Source: Candidatus Micrarchaeota archaeon (lineage in GTDB: Archaea > Micrarchaeota > Micrarchaeia > Micrarchaeales > Micrarchaeaceae). From it: a stretch of 64,000 nt of DNA. Position 1 is the first letter of the stretch, and the number at the start of each line of letters is the position of its first letter. Positions 62,160 to 64,000 of the stretch are shown in pieces. The position numbers were made by a program, and so were the translations under genes. A model generated the notes under the pieces. The model saw only the letters and a list, made by a program, of their open reading frames with translations. It searched no databases and was not told the origin of the DNA. Location: positions 1,775-65,774 of the forward strand of contig JAKAPJ010000003.1 in assembly GCA_021807115.1 (NCBI GenBank), in the 5' to 3' direction.

Positions 62160-62638
62160 TTAGTCGCACCCATCCTTTTCAGCAGTATTATCGAGCCCAG
62201 AGTTATACCGAACATTACTATCAGCATTATGTAGAACAGGGCCACGCTCGGCCCCATCGACAACGTGACCGCGGCGGAACCGAACACCGCCCGGGACGGC
62301 GATGAGAACGTCATCGAAGGGAGTGGAATCAGCATTACGGCGGTCATCACCACCCATACGATCACCAGCACGCCTACTCTGGTGAACTTGAACCTTGAGT
62401 AATTGTACGATGCTACACCTACGAAAAGGAATGTCGATATCCCTCCGACCATTATGAACAGCTGCACGACGGCAAGAAGGGGCTGGCCTAGCAGGAGGAA
62501 GAACAGGGAGTTCGCTATGAACAGCCCGGTGAGCGCTATGACTGTGTACAATATGTTCCTGAACAGCAGCATCAGGCCGGATAGCACTATCGCCATCGCG
62601 GTAATTATTACGAATACAGCAATGTCTATCATAGACAC
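62156..62638 (-). CDS. nuoJ: NADH-quinone oxidoreductase subunit J
   Basis: 160 aa, TM-rich, ...LAVVQLFIMVGGISTFLFV.... 4-nt overlap with nuoK. Confidence 0.85.
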   Translation of the reverse strand: MSMIDIAVFVIITAMAIVLSGLMLLFRNILYTVIALTGLFIANSLFFLLLGQPLLAVVQLFIMVGGISTFLFVGVASYNYSRFKFTRVGVLVIVWVVMTAVMLIPLPSMTFSSPSRAVFGSAAVTLSMGPSVALFYIMLIVMFGITLGSIILLKRMGATK

Positions 62639-62645
62639 ACTCGCC

Positions 62646-63038
62646 TTACTCGAGCTCCTCCGGCCTCTTTACCAGGTCGCGCCTGTCATACTTCTCGTAC
62701 TCCGTTATCTTTGTGAGCACCAGGCATTCGGTGGGGCATACCTCCTCGCACAGCTCGCAGAACAGACACCGCTCCAGGTTTATCTCTGGGAACATCTTTG
62801 TGCCTGCGGCCTTGAACGCGGTGTCCACGTCCGCCTGCACCATCGTGATCGTCTGGTTGGGGCATATCCTGGCGCAGGCTGCGCAGTTGATGCAGGTCCT
62901 CATGTCCAGCTTGTGTATGCCGCGGTAGTTGTCAGTCAGGGCCTCCCTGTGCTCGGGAAACTCAAGGGTCGTAGGCTCCTTTAGCGCGCTCTTTGCGACC
63001 TCCACTATGGACTCGATTATCATCAGGACTCCCCTCAA
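62646..63038 (-). CDS. nuoI: NADH-quinone oxidoreductase subunit I (2x[4Fe-4S])
   Basis: CINCAACARICP and CLFCELCEEVCP clusters. Confidence 0.92.
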   Translation of the reverse strand: MRGVLMIIESIVEVAKSALKEPTTLEFPEHREALTDNYRGIHKLDMRTCINCAACARICPNQTITMVQADVDTAFKAAGTKMFPEINLERCLFCELCEEVCPTECLVLTKITEYEKYDRRDLVKRPEELE

Positions 63039-63973
63039 AACACTATGAAGTATATTATGAATGTAATTAATAAATTAACTACTGAAAGCGGCATAAGGTA
63101 CTGCCAGCCGAGGCGCAGCAGCTTGTCTAGCCGCATGCGCACGGTGGTGGCGCGGAGGAATATTATGAAGACTGTCAGCGCCACGACCTTTATGGCGAGC
63201 CATACTGCGCCAGGAAGGAACGACGGGCCGAGCCAGCCCCCGAAGAACAGTACGGATATGAGCAGGACTCCCACCAGTATCCTTACGTAGTCCAGGAATA
63301 GCACCAGACCGTAGTATGGAGCGCTTACGTCAGTAAGCCACCCTGCTATGAGTTCACTGTCTGCCTCCCTTAGGTCGAATGGCGGCCTGTCAAGCTCCCC
63401 GAGCAGCGCGACGAAGAACACCACCAGTCCTATCGGCATGAGGAAGGCGAACCAGCCGTTTGCCGCCTGCGCATTTACAACGCTCATGAAGCTGTAGCCC
63501 TTCGCAAGCAGCGCTACTGCCGCAACCACCAGAACCAGCGGTATCTCATAGCTGAGCATCATCAGCACCGACCTCTGCGCCGCTATGGAACCGAACTTGT
63601 TGTTGCTGGTCCAGCCTGCGAGGAACACCAGCATTGGGGTGAACGACAGGAGCATGAAGACTATCAGCAGGGCCACGCTTGTGTCGAGGCCGACGAAATT
63701 CTGCGTGAATGGGATGAAGTAAAGCATGAGTACAAACACGGCCAGGAGCGCCGGGATGACGGTGAGGAACACCGGCCTGTCCGCGCCGTCCGGCACTATG
63801 TTCTCCTTTGCCAGCAGCTTTATCAGGTCCGCCAGATTCTGAAGGAACCCGTACTTGCCCACATAGGTAGGGCCGTGCCTGGACTGCGCGCGGGCCATTA
63901 CCTTCCTCTCGATCCATCCGAATACGTAGGAGAAGATGGAGAACACGATTGATACTATGACGAAGTATATCAC
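63035..63973 (-). CDS. nuoH: NADH-quinone oxidoreductase subunit H
   Basis: ...GWTSNNKF... and ...PPFDLREADSELIAGW... motifs. 4-nt overlap with nuoI. Confidence 0.92.
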   Translation of the reverse strand: MIYFVIVSIVFSIFSYVFGWIERKVMARAQSRHGPTYVGKYGFLQNLADLIKLLAKENIVPDGADRPVFLTVIPALLAVFVLMLYFIPFTQNFVGLDTSVALLIVFMLLSFTPMLVFLAGWTSNNKFGSIAAQRSVLMMLSYEIPLVLVVAAVALLAKGYSFMSVVNAQAANGWFAFLMPIGLVVFFVALLGELDRPPFDLREADSELIAGWLTDVSAPYYGLVLFLDYVRILVGVLLISVLFFGGWLGPSFLPGAVWLAIKVVALTVFIIFLRATTVRMRLDKLLRLGWQYLMPLSVVNLLITFIIYFIVF

Positions 63974-64000
63974 AAGGGCTACTATTAGGTAAAGGTAGTT

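Noticed and set aside
1-64000. CRISPR arrays, cas genes, toxin-antitoxin pairs or known defence systems.
   Set aside because: No regularly spaced direct repeats were seen. No small two-gene cassettes or recognisable defence-protein motifs were seen, apart from the isolated DUF2779 nuclease-like gene.

Overview
Archaeal chromosomal segment. The evidence is an archaeal histone, the exosome/proteasome superoperon, RpoP, eL41, eL43, a class III signal-peptide pilin, SRP54, SecY and a TBP-type domain. DNA gyrase, DUF929 and many Thr-rich, N-X-S/T-dense secreted proteins suggest a Thermoplasmatota- or Micrarchaeota-like acidophile, but that is inference only.

Layout:
- 1-8.7 kb: core genes. gyrB (partial) and gyrA; psmA-sdo1-rrp4-rrp41-rrp42-rpl37ae-(unknown)-rpoP; and a histone / Zn-ribbon / PRC-barrel / membrane-protein operon.
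- 8.9-28.3 kb: a cell-surface island. It holds two tandem giant glycoprotein genes (1692 aa and about 1423 aa), an M13 peptidase, an orphan copy of the giant gene's C-terminal module, and two further Ig/PKD-like anchored proteins with two polytopic membrane proteins.
- 28.3-57.2 kb: mixed housekeeping genes. DUF2779 nuclease, methylcitrate-cycle genes, hisS, thioredoxin, pilin, secY, tRNA-Arg(TCT), DRG GTPase, srp54, GT4 and GT-C glycosyltransferases, and a geranylgeranyl-reductase-like gene.
- 57.2-64 kb: nuoH-I-J-K-L-M-N.

No CRISPR array, integrase, transposase or recognisable defence system was seen.

Most unusual observations:
1. A stand-alone single-repeat (half-size) TBP gene, hidden in the ORF track inside a 481-aa antisense ORF.
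2. A conserved about 80-aa C-terminal module ending ...YTQNI(I/M)(I/V)ENSC-stop. It is present at the end of the 1692-aa gene and again as an inverted, signal-less orphan ORF.
3. Modular, internally duplicated and compositionally mosaic giant surface genes.
4. Two GC-rich, hairpin-rich non-coding stretches.
5. Two micro-genes missed by the ORF track (rpoP, eL41).

All family assignments come from motif recognition by eye. None has been confirmed by a search.
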